DNA of 64,000 nucleotides from Candidatus Yanofskybacteria bacterium RIFCSPHIGHO2_01_FULL_44_24 (GTDB lineage: Bacteria; Patescibacteriota; Minisyncoccia; 2-02-FULL-40-12; GWA2-44-9): contig MGJK01000012.1 of assembly GCA_001794215.1 (NCBI GenBank), positions 80,818 to 144,817 of the forward strand, in the 5' to 3' direction. The notes beneath the pieces were generated by a model. The model was not told the origin of the DNA and ran no database searches. It saw only the letters and a list, made by a program, of their open reading frames with translations. The position numbers were made by a program, and so were the translations under genes. Positions 26,139 through 34,783 of the stretch are shown here, one piece after another; position 1 is the stretch's first letter; the number at the start of each line of letters is the position of its first letter.

Positions 26139-27929
26139 ATGCCAGACAATGACGAACAATTAATAGTACTTGGTGAAACCAACTTCAGAAACCACAGGTC
26201 TCGTTTCGGAATAAAGACCGACGATCGGAGGCGCCATATGTATGTCGTCGGTTCAACCGGCATGGGCAAGTCGGAATTTTTGAAGAATATGGCCATTCAG
26301 GACATTGAAGCCGGCCATGGCGTGGCGTTTATCGATCCTCACGGCGATCCGTCCAACGACCTTCTCGATCATATACCCGCCCATAGAATCAAAGACGTTA
26401 TTTATTTCGACCCCGGAGACTTAGAGTACCCGATTGCATTCAATGTGATGGAGGGCGTCGGTTTTGATTACCGTCATTTGGTAGCCAGCGGTTTGGTCGG
26501 AGTATTCAAAAAAATATGGGGAGTTGAGGCGTGGTCCGGAAGAATGGAATATATTCTTAACAATACCATCTTGGCTCTCTTGGAGTATCCGGATTCTACC
26601 TTATTAGGAATAAACCGGCTGATGTCGAATAAAGAATACCGCAAGAAAGTCGTTTCTTCGCTCAAGGACCCGATCGTAAAAGGGTTCTGGGTGGAGGAGT
26701 TCGCAAAGTATGCCGATAAGTTCGCCACAGAAGCTACGGCCGCCATTCAGAATAAAGTCGGTCAGTTCTCTTCCAACAATCTGATCAGGAACATCATTGG
26801 CCAGTCAAACTCCAAATTAGATATCAGGAAAATAATGGATGAGGGGAAAATCCTCATTGCCAACGTTTCGCGGGGTAAAATAGGAGAAGACGCCTCCCGT
26901 CTTTTAGGAGCCTTCTTGGTCACCAAGATCCAGTTAGCGGCTATGTCCCGGGTTGATATTCCTGAGAACAAAAGGCGCGACTTTTATCTTTATGTCGACG
27001 AATTTCAGCACTTTGCCACGGAATCATTCGCCAACATTCTTTCCGAGGCGAGAAAATTCCATTTAAGCCTGACCATGGCCCATCAGTATATCAAACAGAT
27101 GGAAGAGCCGGTCAGGGATGCCGTTTTCGGCAACGTCGGAACCATCGTGACATTCAGAGTCGGAGCGGAGGACGCTGAATTTTTAGAAAAATGGTTTGCT
27201 CCGGATTTTATGATGGCGGATATAGTGAATCTTGGAAAATACAATATATATCTCAAGCTGATGATAGACGGAATTTCATCAAAGGGTTTTTCGGCTGCCA
27301 CTCTGCCGCCTTTTCCCCCGATGGATAAGAGCAATCGGGAAGCAATCATTGATTATTCCCGAAAGAATTACGGAACGCCGCGGGCCGAGGTTGAGGCCGG
27401 TATCGCCGAATGGGCCGGGATGCTTGAGTCCAAAACCGAGCAGGCAAGAGACGACAGACCGCGCCAATTTCGCGACGACAACAGGTCGGCGCAGAGATTT
27501 GATGACAGACCGCGCGCTCCTCGCTCAAACTACGACGCAGGGAGCAGATATGATAATGGTCCCAGGGATTTTCGTCGCGACGACAGAAGCGGCGGAGGAC
27601 AGGTCCGCGATATAAACAGAGATTTTTCTATTCAACAGCGGGCGCCGGCACCTCAGAAATTTCCGGATAGGCCTCCGGTTCAGCCAAGGCAGCCTATTGC
27701 ACAGCCTATGCCCGAAAGAAAACCCGAGCCAAAATTAGAACTAAAACCGGATTTGCCCAAACCGAAACCATCCGGCCTCTCTTTGGACGAAACTTTAAAA
27801 TCCGGGCCGGTTAATTTCAGGGGCCAAAAAATAGAACCTCGACAGCCCAAAGAAAAGAAAGAGGTTGATACGGGGGAATTGAGGAAGATCTTAGAGGGAA
27901 TGGGCAAGAAGGAGGAACAGAGCGGATAA
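26139..27929 (+). CDS. Type IV coupling protein-like P-loop ATPase (TraD/TraG/VirD4 family-like) with a long disordered R/D- and P-rich C-terminal tail
   Basis: Walker A VVGSTGMGKSEF and Walker B FYLYVDEFQHFA. IYFDPGDLEYPIAFNVME resembles the DP...NPL block of coupling proteins. The C-terminal approximately 170 aa are RDD/RD repeats then PxP-rich. No transmembrane segment. Confidence 0.55.
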   Translation: MPDNDEQLIVLGETNFRNHRSRFGIKTDDRRRHMYVVGSTGMGKSEFLKNMAIQDIEAGHGVAFIDPHGDPSNDLLDHIPAHRIKDVIYFDPGDLEYPIAFNVMEGVGFDYRHLVASGLVGVFKKIWGVEAWSGRMEYILNNTILALLEYPDSTLLGINRLMSNKEYRKKVVSSLKDPIVKGFWVEEFAKYADKFATEATAAIQNKVGQFSSNNLIRNIIGQSNSKLDIRKIMDEGKILIANVSRGKIGEDASRLLGAFLVTKIQLAAMSRVDIPENKRRDFYLYVDEFQHFATESFANILSEARKFHLSLTMAHQYIKQMEEPVRDAVFGNVGTIVTFRVGAEDAEFLEKWFAPDFMMADIVNLGKYNIYLKLMIDGISSKGFSAATLPPFPPMDKSNREAIIDYSRKNYGTPRAEVEAGIAEWAGMLESKTEQARDDRPRQFRDDNRSAQRFDDRPRAPRSNYDAGSRYDNGPRDFRRDDRSGGGQVRDINRDFSIQQRAPAPQKFPDRPPVQPRQPIAQPMPERKPEPKLELKPDLPKPKPSGLSLDETLKSGPVNFRGQKIEPRQPKEKKEVDTGELRKILEGMGKKEEQSG

Positions 27930-27986
27930 TCCTTTCACCTTCGGCACGTCTCCGATTGCTCCTGCGGTAATCTCAACTATTTCTCA

Positions 27987-28023
27987 CCCTGCCATTTCAG
28001 ATCCGAGCAAATGGCAGGGTTTC
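27987..28023 (+). terminator. Rho-independent terminator-like hairpin
   Basis: ccctgccatttcagatccgagcaaatggcaggg is a perfect 11-bp stem followed by ttt. Confidence 0.5.
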
Positions 28024-28230
28024 GAATGTCTCAGGTAAAAAGATTATCCGCTTTGTGGCAAGGTAGAAGCTGAGAAGTTGACCATGGCATCGAAAAACTA
28101 TTGTCGGAAACGGCGGGTTTGCCGGGGAGTGAATTTTTGAACTGTCTTGCGTCTATTGCACCTTGGGAGCCTTTCAAAAATCTACTCCTCGGTTTTAATT
28201 TTTACGGAACTGTGTTAAGTTAGGCTTATA

Positions 28231-29502
28231 ATGCCGAGCAAATATTATAAAAAATATATAAGGATTCCGCCGGGCGACAGTATTGATATCAGGAATATTT
28301 TGCCGGTTATAAACCATCCGCTTTTCCAGCGGCTTTTGCATATATCACAGCTCGGGACGACGCTGATGGTTTTTCCGGGAGCGACCCATAACCGACTTGA
28401 GCATGCCTTGGGAGTTTACGCTAAGGCGACCCGATTTTGCCGTAAGATGGCCCGGGAAGGCTTTCTGACAAAGTTTGAATCAGTTAATGTCCCGTTATTC
28501 GGGTTGCTTCATGACATAGGCCATGGCCCGTTTTCTCATGTTATCGAAGAGCTTACGCCTTTGAGTGGAGATGAAAATGAGAACGGACTTAAAGTCGTCC
28601 AGTTTTTTAAAAAAGAAATTAAAAAGGCCGGCGGCGATTACGACTTTATAATTTCTCTGTTTAAGCATAAAAATCCTTTGTATAAGATAATAATGGATAA
28701 GAACGTCGGCATGGATAAGCTTGATTATCTGGAACGGGATACTTACCATACCGGTTTTGGCCAGAGACCCGACATCGAGAGTCTTTTTAACTATTTGATT
28801 TTCTTAAAGGGCAAATTGGTAATCGATAAGAAATCTCTTGAGGCGGCCAAACAGATGCAAAGGCTCTATATATACATGTACAAAGAAGTCTATCTTCATA
28901 AGTCGGCCCTGATAAGCCAGAGGTTTTTGCAGAAGATGATTTCTTTATTCATAAAATTAGAAAAGGTTAACCCAAGAGATCTTTGGCTGATGAATGATGA
29001 GGAGCTGATGGCCAAGATCTATATCCATAACGATAAGAGGATCCAATTTCTGTACCAGTCCTATAGAAACAGGAATCTCCCAAGAACAGGATTAGTTTTC
29101 AGGATGAAAACAAGAAAATTCAGCGAGCGGGTCGCGGGAAAATCCATTAAGGTCATGGAAGAAGATGGGTCGTTTTTCGGTAAATTTTTAGAGCATTCCG
29201 AACCGGAAGACCTTGAGAATCTGGAAGAATTAGTTGGGAAGGCGCTGAAAGTGCCGGTGCATAAGATAGTGATTGTCCCGACCCTCACCCCGTGGCGTTT
29301 TGCTCCGGAAGATATCTTGTATCATGACGACGGCAGTATTCTGTCTCTAAAGAAATATTATCCAGAATATTTTAATGCGTTAAAATCCGAGCTCGGAGAC
29401 TATATGGCGGTCAGGGTCTGTATCGTCGGGAACAGGAGAGTGATCTATAAAAATGCCGCTAAGGTCCGTTCAATTATCAGGAGCTACCTTAAATCTAAAT
29501 AG
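28231..29502 (+). CDS. HD-domain dNTP triphosphohydrolase-like protein (dGTPase/SAMHD1 family)
   Basis: HNRLEHALGV ... GLLHDIGHGPFSH HD motifs in a protein of about 420 aa. Confidence 0.75.
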   Translation: MPSKYYKKYIRIPPGDSIDIRNILPVINHPLFQRLLHISQLGTTLMVFPGATHNRLEHALGVYAKATRFCRKMAREGFLTKFESVNVPLFGLLHDIGHGPFSHVIEELTPLSGDENENGLKVVQFFKKEIKKAGGDYDFIISLFKHKNPLYKIIMDKNVGMDKLDYLERDTYHTGFGQRPDIESLFNYLIFLKGKLVIDKKSLEAAKQMQRLYIYMYKEVYLHKSALISQRFLQKMISLFIKLEKVNPRDLWLMNDEELMAKIYIHNDKRIQFLYQSYRNRNLPRTGLVFRMKTRKFSERVAGKSIKVMEEDGSFFGKFLEHSEPEDLENLEELVGKALKVPVHKIVIVPTLTPWRFAPEDILYHDDGSILSLKKYYPEYFNALKSELGDYMAVRVCIVGNRRVIYKNAAKVRSIIRSYLKSK

Positions 29503-29564
29503 TCGAGATCTAATTTGTCGATCGCTTGGTTTTGTGATATAATTTTTTTGAATTTTTACTGATT

Positions 29565-29663
29565 TATATCCGCCCTTAGCCCCGGCTTCCTGTCGGCTTC
29601 GGTAGGAAATCAAATATATCCGCCCTTAGCCCTGCCTGCCGGCAGGCAGGTCAGTTGGTAGAG
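29565..29663 (+). repeat. Two partial 5' copies of the tRNA-Lys gene; the second is interrupted by a 20-bp perfect palindrome
   Basis: tatatccgcccttagc occurs at 29565-29580, at 29615-29630, and again at the intact tRNA (29913-29928). The second copy reads ccgcccttagc + cctgcctgccggcaggcagg + tcagttggtagag, which is tRNA positions 1-11, the inserted palindrome, then positions 12-24. Confidence 0.8.
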
Positions 29664-29669
29664 ATCAAT

Positions 29670-29909
29670 ATGTATTTTGTATATATTTTAAAAAGCGGCA
29701 AAGACGGCAATTTGTACATAGGCCTTACTAATAACATAGAGAGAAGGTTGAACGAGCATAATCGGGGCAGAAATTTATCTACAAAACACAGGGTGCCGTT
29801 TAAGCTTTTGTATCAGGAGCGGGTAGGTAGTAGAATTGAAGCAAGAAAGCGAGAAAAGTATTTCAAATCAGGAACTGGTCGGGAATGGATCAAAAGTAGC
29901 TTAAGATAA
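29670..29909 (+). CDS. GIY-YIG nuclease superfamily protein (small, UPF0213-like)
   Basis: MYFVYILKSGKDGNLYIGLTNNIERRLNEHNRG... is a canonical GIY-YIG module. The track ORF begins at TTG 29655, inside the duplicated tRNA D-arm segment. Confidence 0.85.
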   Translation: MYFVYILKSGKDGNLYIGLTNNIERRLNEHNRGRNLSTKHRVPFKLLYQERVGSRIEARKREKYFKSGTGREWIKSSLR

Positions 29910-29918
29910 TTTGTATAT

Positions 29919-29991
29919 CCGCCCTTAGCTCAGTTGGTAGAGCAGCTCCCTTTTAAGGAGACGGTCGTAGGTTCGACTCCTACAGGGCGGA
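29919..29991 (+). tRNA. tRNA-Lys (anticodon UUU)
   Basis: Hand-folded: 7-bp acceptor stem ccgccct/agggcgg, D arm gctc-agttggta-gagc, anticodon loop cTTTTaa, T arm gtagg-ttcgact-cctac, discriminator A, and no encoded CCA. Very similar to the E. coli tRNA-Lys(UUU) backbone. Confidence 0.85.
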
Positions 29992-30595
29992 CAATATAAA
30001 AAGTCAGCATTTTTTGGAGTGTTGGCAATTCGGGAATATGCCTTTTTGTATTGTATTTCCTGAATCTCTTTGTTTTGGAACCAAACGTTCCAAAGTAGTG
30101 AATTTATCATTTGATACCTTTTTGAATCTTCGCCATTTAAAAAGTCATTTTTGGCGTTTTTAGCTTGTAAAAATACTTCTTTTGTCCGTTCCAAAGTAGA
30201 TAAGGCGGTTTCCGGATTATCCTTTTTAGTCCGGCTTAACTGATTTTCTAATTCAACCCTCTGATTATTGAGTTCCCTTATCTTATCGTCATATAACTCA
30301 ATTCTAAGGCTTCCAGAGGCCATAGCATCAGCCAGGCGGGATTCTCTTTCGTCTATCAGTTTCAATTCTTTTTGAATACCGGAAATGATAGTTTCAGACC
30401 TATCACTTGCCCCTATCTTCTGTTTGGCCGCCTCATACATGATTTCAATGGCCTCATCATCAAAAGCCAGATCGCCAAGCTTATCGGCAATCATCTTTGT
30501 AATAATTTCTTCCCGCATATATGCCTTGCCCTGTTCGCAAGAACCCTTTCCATTTGTGCAGTAATAATACCTATAACCCTTCTGCCACAGAGTGC
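29992..30595 (-). pseudogene. C-terminal fragment of a large serine recombinase (zinc-ribbon remnant plus coiled-coil region); N-terminal catalytic domain absent
   Basis: The minus-strand frame upstream of the track ORF start reads STLWQKGYRYYYCTNGKGSCEQGKAY-MREEIITKMIADKL... This is the YYxC...C half of the recombinase zinc beta-ribbon, followed by about 180 aa of coiled-coil. An in-frame stop lies just upstream, so there is no resolvase domain. The track ORF 29925-30518 runs antisense through the tRNA, so its last roughly 20 codons are artefactual. Confidence 0.45.
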
Positions 30596-30660
30596 TTTAC
30601 TTAGTTCAAAAACCGTGCTATCGTATAGTGCGGTTTTTAGTTCGTTGAAAAGGAAGCGAT

Positions 30661-31194
30661 ATGTTCACGGAAGATACGCCTAAACATAGCGACCCATCAG
30701 TAGAGCAATTGCTCGTCGATTTCAAAAAACTCAGAAAGATCATTAATGCCGTGAGATCCGGCTCGGTAACAAAGGCCCAGGCAATGGAGTACGAAGTCTC
30801 GGTCAATAAATTATTAAATCATGCCGGGACAGTAGATAGGGTATGCAAAGAAAGAGTCGAGCTATTAGACGGTGCCGACAAGGCCGTAAAAAAATTGGAA
30901 CAATTTGCAGAGAAGCGATTTCCGGCAGATGGAGAGTTCGGGTACCTTATGGTGGTCGAGCTGGACGAATCAATGCCTGGTGGCGAAAGAATATTCATCG
31001 GCGGGGGCAAGAGAAAGCCTGGAGAGGTCGGCGAGCCTTACGAGCCCGGGGTTTATGTGTATTGGGATGTGTATCTCTACGGTTATGCCGACGGCGGTCC
31101 GCACGACAGGCGGATCAATTCTTTGAGGGAAATCAAAGTTACAAATGAACAGTTAAGGAAATTTGTGGAGGCCGCAGAATCTTTGACGCGGTAG
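30661..31194 (+). CDS. Hypothetical protein (island cargo)
   Basis: 177 aa with no motif. Followed by the terminator at 31264-31296. Confidence 0.4.
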   Translation: MFTEDTPKHSDPSVEQLLVDFKKLRKIINAVRSGSVTKAQAMEYEVSVNKLLNHAGTVDRVCKERVELLDGADKAVKKLEQFAEKRFPADGEFGYLMVVELDESMPGGERIFIGGGKRKPGEVGEPYEPGVYVYWDVYLYGYADGGPHDRRINSLREIKVTNEQLRKFVEAAESLTR

Positions 31195-31263
31195 AGTTCT
31201 GAGCTATTCCCGGAGGAGAATCATAAGATTGTATCCAGCATTTTTTCTGATGGCTGAAAAGAC

Positions 31264-31296
31264 GCCGACTAATAAGTCGGCTTTTATTTTTTTTAA
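31264..31296 (+). terminator. Rho-independent terminator
   Basis: gccgactaataagtcggc hairpin followed by a T-run of 8 or more. Confidence 0.65.
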
Positions 31297-31308
31297 ATTC
31301 ATGGTAGC

Positions 31309-31596
31309 TTGTTAAGACAATTTAGTTTTTTAAAAAGGAGAGTCATGAAGATTCCGTATACCCGTATCGAAGCAGGCGAAACAGATATTCCAACCCACCA
31401 AATCGTTAAGCGGATCAGAGATGAGTACTTAGCCAAACTTGGCGGGGAGTTTGTAAGAGAGGTAGGCGGTAAGTACATGTTAATGGAGGAAACACGCACA
31501 TCTCATCGCTTTGAATTTGACGTGAGGGAACTGACCGAAGAAGAAGTAGCAAATTTTCAGGTTATTAATAGGCTCATTGTTTTCTTCATGAAATGA
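31309..31596 (+). CDS. Hypothetical protein (island cargo)
   Basis: Likely start at the internal MKIPYTRIEAG, preceded by a strong aaaaggagag RBS. Followed by the terminator gccggcagttagccggc+ttttt at about 31615-31637. Confidence 0.4.
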   Translation: MLRQFSFLKRRVMKIPYTRIEAGETDIPTHQIVKRIRDEYLAKLGGEFVREVGGKYMLMEETRTSHRFEFDVRELTEEEVANFQVINRLIVFFMK

Positions 31597-31614
31597 CCCT
31601 GACAACAGATTCGA

Positions 31615-31637
31615 GCCGGCAGTTAGCCGGCTTTTTA
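31615..31637 (+). terminator. Rho-independent terminator
   Basis: gccggcagttagccggc hairpin followed by ttttt. Confidence 0.6.
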
Positions 31638-31747
31638 TGAGAATATTTACGTGCAGCTTACTGCGCGTTCAAGTTTAAGTTTAAGTTGACAATATATCGT
31701 GAGGATGATATCCTATTTAAAAGTTCGTTTCACAATAAGGAATAAAA

Positions 31748-32122
31748 ATGTCCGGAAATCGCAAGACCCCCATTTACGTGACGGTAGGCAATTTTTGGAA
31801 AGAGGTCGAAGAGGCCGGACACAGGGTCGGAATGCCTCCGGAATTAATCAGCTGTCTCCGGGTTCTTATAGGATCGCACATCCATTCTCAAATGGGTCCT
31901 CGGGCGTCTCCTCATCTGATACGGCTGGCCAAAGAGTATGTTCTTGGCGGAGTTGTTATATCCGATTTTGTGAGAGAGGAAGAGCGTGTTCTTGAGGTGA
32001 TGGTTTTTATACCGAAGTTTAATCCTGATCCGGAAAAAGTCGGGCATCCGTTTTTCAAGCTCGTACCTACTTATTCAAACGGAGTGCTTCGGCGCCTTCA
32101 AGATATTTTGCCCGAAGATTAG
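31748..32122 (+). CDS. Hypothetical protein (island cargo)
   Basis: 124 aa. Preceded by an aaggaataaaaATG RBS. Followed by the terminator aaccgac...gtcggtt+tttt at about 32126-32156. Confidence 0.4.
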   Translation: MSGNRKTPIYVTVGNFWKEVEEAGHRVGMPPELISCLRVLIGSHIHSQMGPRASPHLIRLAKEYVLGGVVISDFVREEERVLEVMVFIPKFNPDPEKVGHPFFKLVPTYSNGVLRRLQDILPED

Positions 32123-32234
32123 CTTAACCGACCGAGATCAGAGTTAGTCGGTTTTTGATTGGAAAATACTTTACAAACTTTGTTGGAAGTGATACCTTGA
32201 CCCTGCCTTTTTAAGCAATCAAAACGAGGAGCCG

Positions 32235-32474
32235 ATGAGGATTTACTGGGACGCCAAGAGCCGAGGAACCAAAGCCGAGATCGTTCAGGATATGGAAAAT
32301 GATGCCGCCCGGCTGTTGGCGGAATCTGAGCCGGAATCGCACATTAGAGTAGGAGTTGAAAGGGTGTTCATTTATCCTTCCAGTTACGGCGTTAGCGGGT
32401 ACTCTTTGACCCTTGAAGATTTAGAAAGACTTGCTCAGGCGCTTAGGGCAAACAGCACAGACAGTTTTGCTTAA
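32235..32474 (+). CDS. Hypothetical small protein (island cargo)
   Basis: 79 aa. Followed by the terminator ccccacagaacgggg+ttttt at about 32475-32496. Confidence 0.35.
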   Translation: MRIYWDAKSRGTKAEIVQDMENDAARLLAESEPESHIRVGVERVFIYPSSYGVSGYSLTLEDLERLAQALRANSTDSFA

Positions 32475-32544
32475 CCCCACAGAACGGGGTTTTTGTTTAG
32501 GCATGCTCTAACCAAAAAGCGGGCAATGCCCGCCGAAACAACAG

Positions 32545-32994
32545 CTACCTTTTTCGAGGCTTCGAGAAGCAGATTCTTGTCGAAGCTTTTTTATTGGAAT
32601 TGACGTGAGGCGCAAATTCCGCGGCCGTATAGGTATCGACGTTAACGATTACGTGGCCGCGAGTCTCGTCTGAAACCAACGCGACAGCTCTGATCAGGTG
32701 CTCATCTCCAGAGATGGGTCGAAGAAAATGCGTAGTTAGGGTCTGAGCCGGAGTATGGAACTCTTCTTCCGAAACGGGGATGGTGCTCATCGCGGCATAG
32801 ACTCCGGCGAAGTCTGCGATTACGTCAATGACGCCTCCTTGGACGATTCGCTTGCCGGCAATAAGAAATTCTGGCCGGATCAGGGCGGTTAAGACCGCAT
32901 ATCCTTTTCCGATCTTTTCAAGCTTTATGTCCATAAAGATTACCAGGGGCTCCGTATCGAACCTTTGTCTCAGCTGATCAATCCGCTCGTTCAT
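32545..32994 (-). CDS. PaaI/4HBT-like hotdog-fold thioesterase
   Basis: 149 aa. Central GKRIVQGGVIDVIADFAGVYAA resembles the PaaI-type thioesterase helix. Followed on the minus strand by a gcgggcattgcccgc+tttttt terminator. Confidence 0.5.
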   Translation of the reverse strand: MNERIDQLRQRFDTEPLVIFMDIKLEKIGKGYAVLTALIRPEFLIAGKRIVQGGVIDVIADFAGVYAAMSTIPVSEEEFHTPAQTLTTHFLRPISGDEHLIRAVALVSDETRGHVIVNVDTYTAAEFAPHVNSNKKASTRICFSKPRKR

Positions 32995-33015
32995 GGACTT
33001 TCTCCTTTTTCGGCT

Positions 33016-33378
33016 TCAGCCTATGAGATCGTTGACCCGTAAGCTGATTTTATGTTCAACGGTGATTCCGCCGCAGTTAAGGAGCAAAACCCTTCTGAGG
33101 GAGGATTCTTTCGGGTCGGAGACTGAGATGCTGACTTCGTATCGAGGCTCGGGATAAAGTTTGGCGTAGGCATTTCTCAGTTCTTGGGCGAAGCCGTCTA
33201 CAGTTCCTCCGCGATGGGCGACGAGCTCCGTTTCGCTGGTTCTTCTCAAGAAATTACGGGAGCTGTACCGGACTTCAACCAGAATGGGTTTGTCGTTCAT
33301 TGTTTTCTCGGTTGTGTGAAAGAGCAAAGATAAATTACTATAACCATATCCGTCTGTCAACCCTTCAGTTGACACCAT
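33016..33378 (-). CDS. Hypothetical protein
   Basis: 120 aa. Likely start at the internal MNDKPILVEV. Confidence 0.3.
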   Translation of the reverse strand: MVSTEGLTDGYGYSNLSLLFHTTEKTMNDKPILVEVRYSSRNFLRRTSETELVAHRGGTVDGFAQELRNAYAKLYPEPRYEVSISVSDPKESSLRRVLLLNCGGITVEHKISLRVNDLIG

Positions 33379-33437
33379 GATAACTTTTATCTATAATATG
33401 CGGTAGTTTCATTTACATCTTTAGAATAGGAAAACGA

Positions 33438-33986
33438 ATGGATCAGACAGGTTTGGCTCTCAGTAACGACTTAGTCGGTCTGCTGGATAGTCTTAAGAAC
33501 GAGGCTCTCAAAGTGATAGAAGTGCCCAAGTTTCGTATACCGTTTTGGCCAAAAGGCCTTATGTGCATCTCGGATCTTGGAAAGAGAGGGTACCGCGTTC
33601 CTTCCGAGGATTCAAACGGCTTGCTCTCCTGGAAAAAAGGCAAGCACAAGATCTCCTTTGTCGTAGGAGTAGACGGCGAGATAAGATTCGAGTTCCGCGG
33701 GATGTTTAAACAATGGAGAAAATTCCCCGTCTTTTCTTCGGTGCAGGTTAGTGACGGTTACCGCGGATATTATGACTCCCCGGTTTACCAGGCTTCTTCC
33801 GACCACGATAGTAGTAATATCTCACGGTTGGGAGCGTTAGAGCTGTTTGATCAATTCAAGGTGGAAATTCTTTCTCTTGCGCTTGAGACAATCCGAACTT
33901 CTGAACATAAAGAAGTGGCCGAATCGGTCAAGAAAGCTTTCGAACCCTTTGTGCCGTTTGTTGTGGCGGATATGCTGTTGAAGTGA
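33438..33986 (+). CDS. Paralog 1 of a novel ~180-aa protein family, motifs EVPKFRIPFWPKG ... LFDQFKVEIL ... VKKAFEPFVPFVVADML
   Basis: Shares N-terminal, central and C-terminal blocks with the ORFs at 37075-37602 and 37599-38147. No transmembrane segment and no known domain. Confidence 0.5.
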   Translation: MDQTGLALSNDLVGLLDSLKNEALKVIEVPKFRIPFWPKGLMCISDLGKRGYRVPSEDSNGLLSWKKGKHKISFVVGVDGEIRFEFRGMFKQWRKFPVFSSVQVSDGYRGYYDSPVYQASSDHDSSNISRLGALELFDQFKVEILSLALETIRTSEHKEVAESVKKAFEPFVPFVVADMLLK

Positions 33987-33993
33987 GAATCAG

Positions 33994-34596
33994 ATGATCG
34001 GCGTTCTTACCCTTGATAATTTAAGAAGTTACGCTCGTTGGGGCAAATTAGGGAAGATAGATTTTTTTCAGCATAATTTGAGCCGTCGCGCATACCCCAG
34101 TCTGTCGGATTTACACAAGCTGATTGTTCAAATGGCGGATCAGTATGGTTTAAGAGAGGAAAATGTTTTAGCCGTTGTTGCCATCGGTTCGGCTATTCAT
34201 CCCTCGAAATTCAAGAACAGCTATAGTATAAGGCGGAGGTTCTTCCTGTTCGGGCCTCTACGGGCTAAGCATAGAATCGTCCAGATAGCCCCTAATGACT
34301 TTGATTTTTTGGTGTTAACGGACCGTGATTTAGAGGCGAAAGGGGCCTGGATGAGGAAAGGTAAAATCCACCTGATAAACCGGAGTATCGGACAGATTCT
34401 TAGGTGTCGCGAGAATGGAGATACGGTGAGTATCAATGCTCTGCGCCGGGGGGTTATGATTTTTCGGACTTTTCTTTTTGAAGATAATGATTGGGCCAAT
34501 CTCGGCATCCGGGCAGGCGTTAAACGGGATGCATCGAGACCTCGGGCTTACTATTATAAGGGTCCTCACAAATATCTGGAGATCAGCGTAGGTTGA
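33994..34596 (+). CDS. Hypothetical protein with a weak nucleotidyltransferase-like GS ... DxD pattern
   Basis: VVAIGSAIHPSKF ... NDFDFLVLTDRD. The GS-to-DxD spacing is longer than in canonical minimal NTases, so the assignment is tentative. Immediately downstream of paralog 1. Followed by the terminator gaggagttcagaacgaactcctc+tttatttt. Confidence 0.3.
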   Translation: MIGVLTLDNLRSYARWGKLGKIDFFQHNLSRRAYPSLSDLHKLIVQMADQYGLREENVLAVVAIGSAIHPSKFKNSYSIRRRFFLFGPLRAKHRIVQIAPNDFDFLVLTDRDLEAKGAWMRKGKIHLINRSIGQILRCRENGDTVSINALRRGVMIFRTFLFEDNDWANLGIRAGVKRDASRPRAYYYKGPHKYLEISVG

Positions 34597-34783
34597 GAAG
34601 ATCGAGGAGTTCAGAACGAACTCCTCTTTATTTTACTCCGTAATACGGCAAGATTGGCAAATCAGCCGTTCTGCCATAGCCTACACTCCATTCCCGGTAT
34701 CATCCATAAAGCTCTTGACTTTATTAGTATTTTAATTTAAAATATGGCCACAAGTTCATTGTCAATTCAAAGAGAAAACAAAC

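Noticed and set aside
29925-30518. Track ORF read as an intact 197-aa minus-strand gene
   Set aside because: Its last roughly 20 codons are the antisense of the tRNA-Lys gene. The frame also continues upstream through a recombinase zinc-ribbon remnant to an in-frame stop with no catalytic domain. It is treated as a truncated recombinase pseudogene.
30843-31148. ORFs 30843-31148 and 30905-31126 in alternative frames of the 30661-31194 gene, and 31699-31995 overlapping 31748-32122
   Set aside because: The chosen frames are longer and are followed by their own terminators. For 31748 there is a clear RBS. The alternatives are Arg-rich out-of-frame translations.
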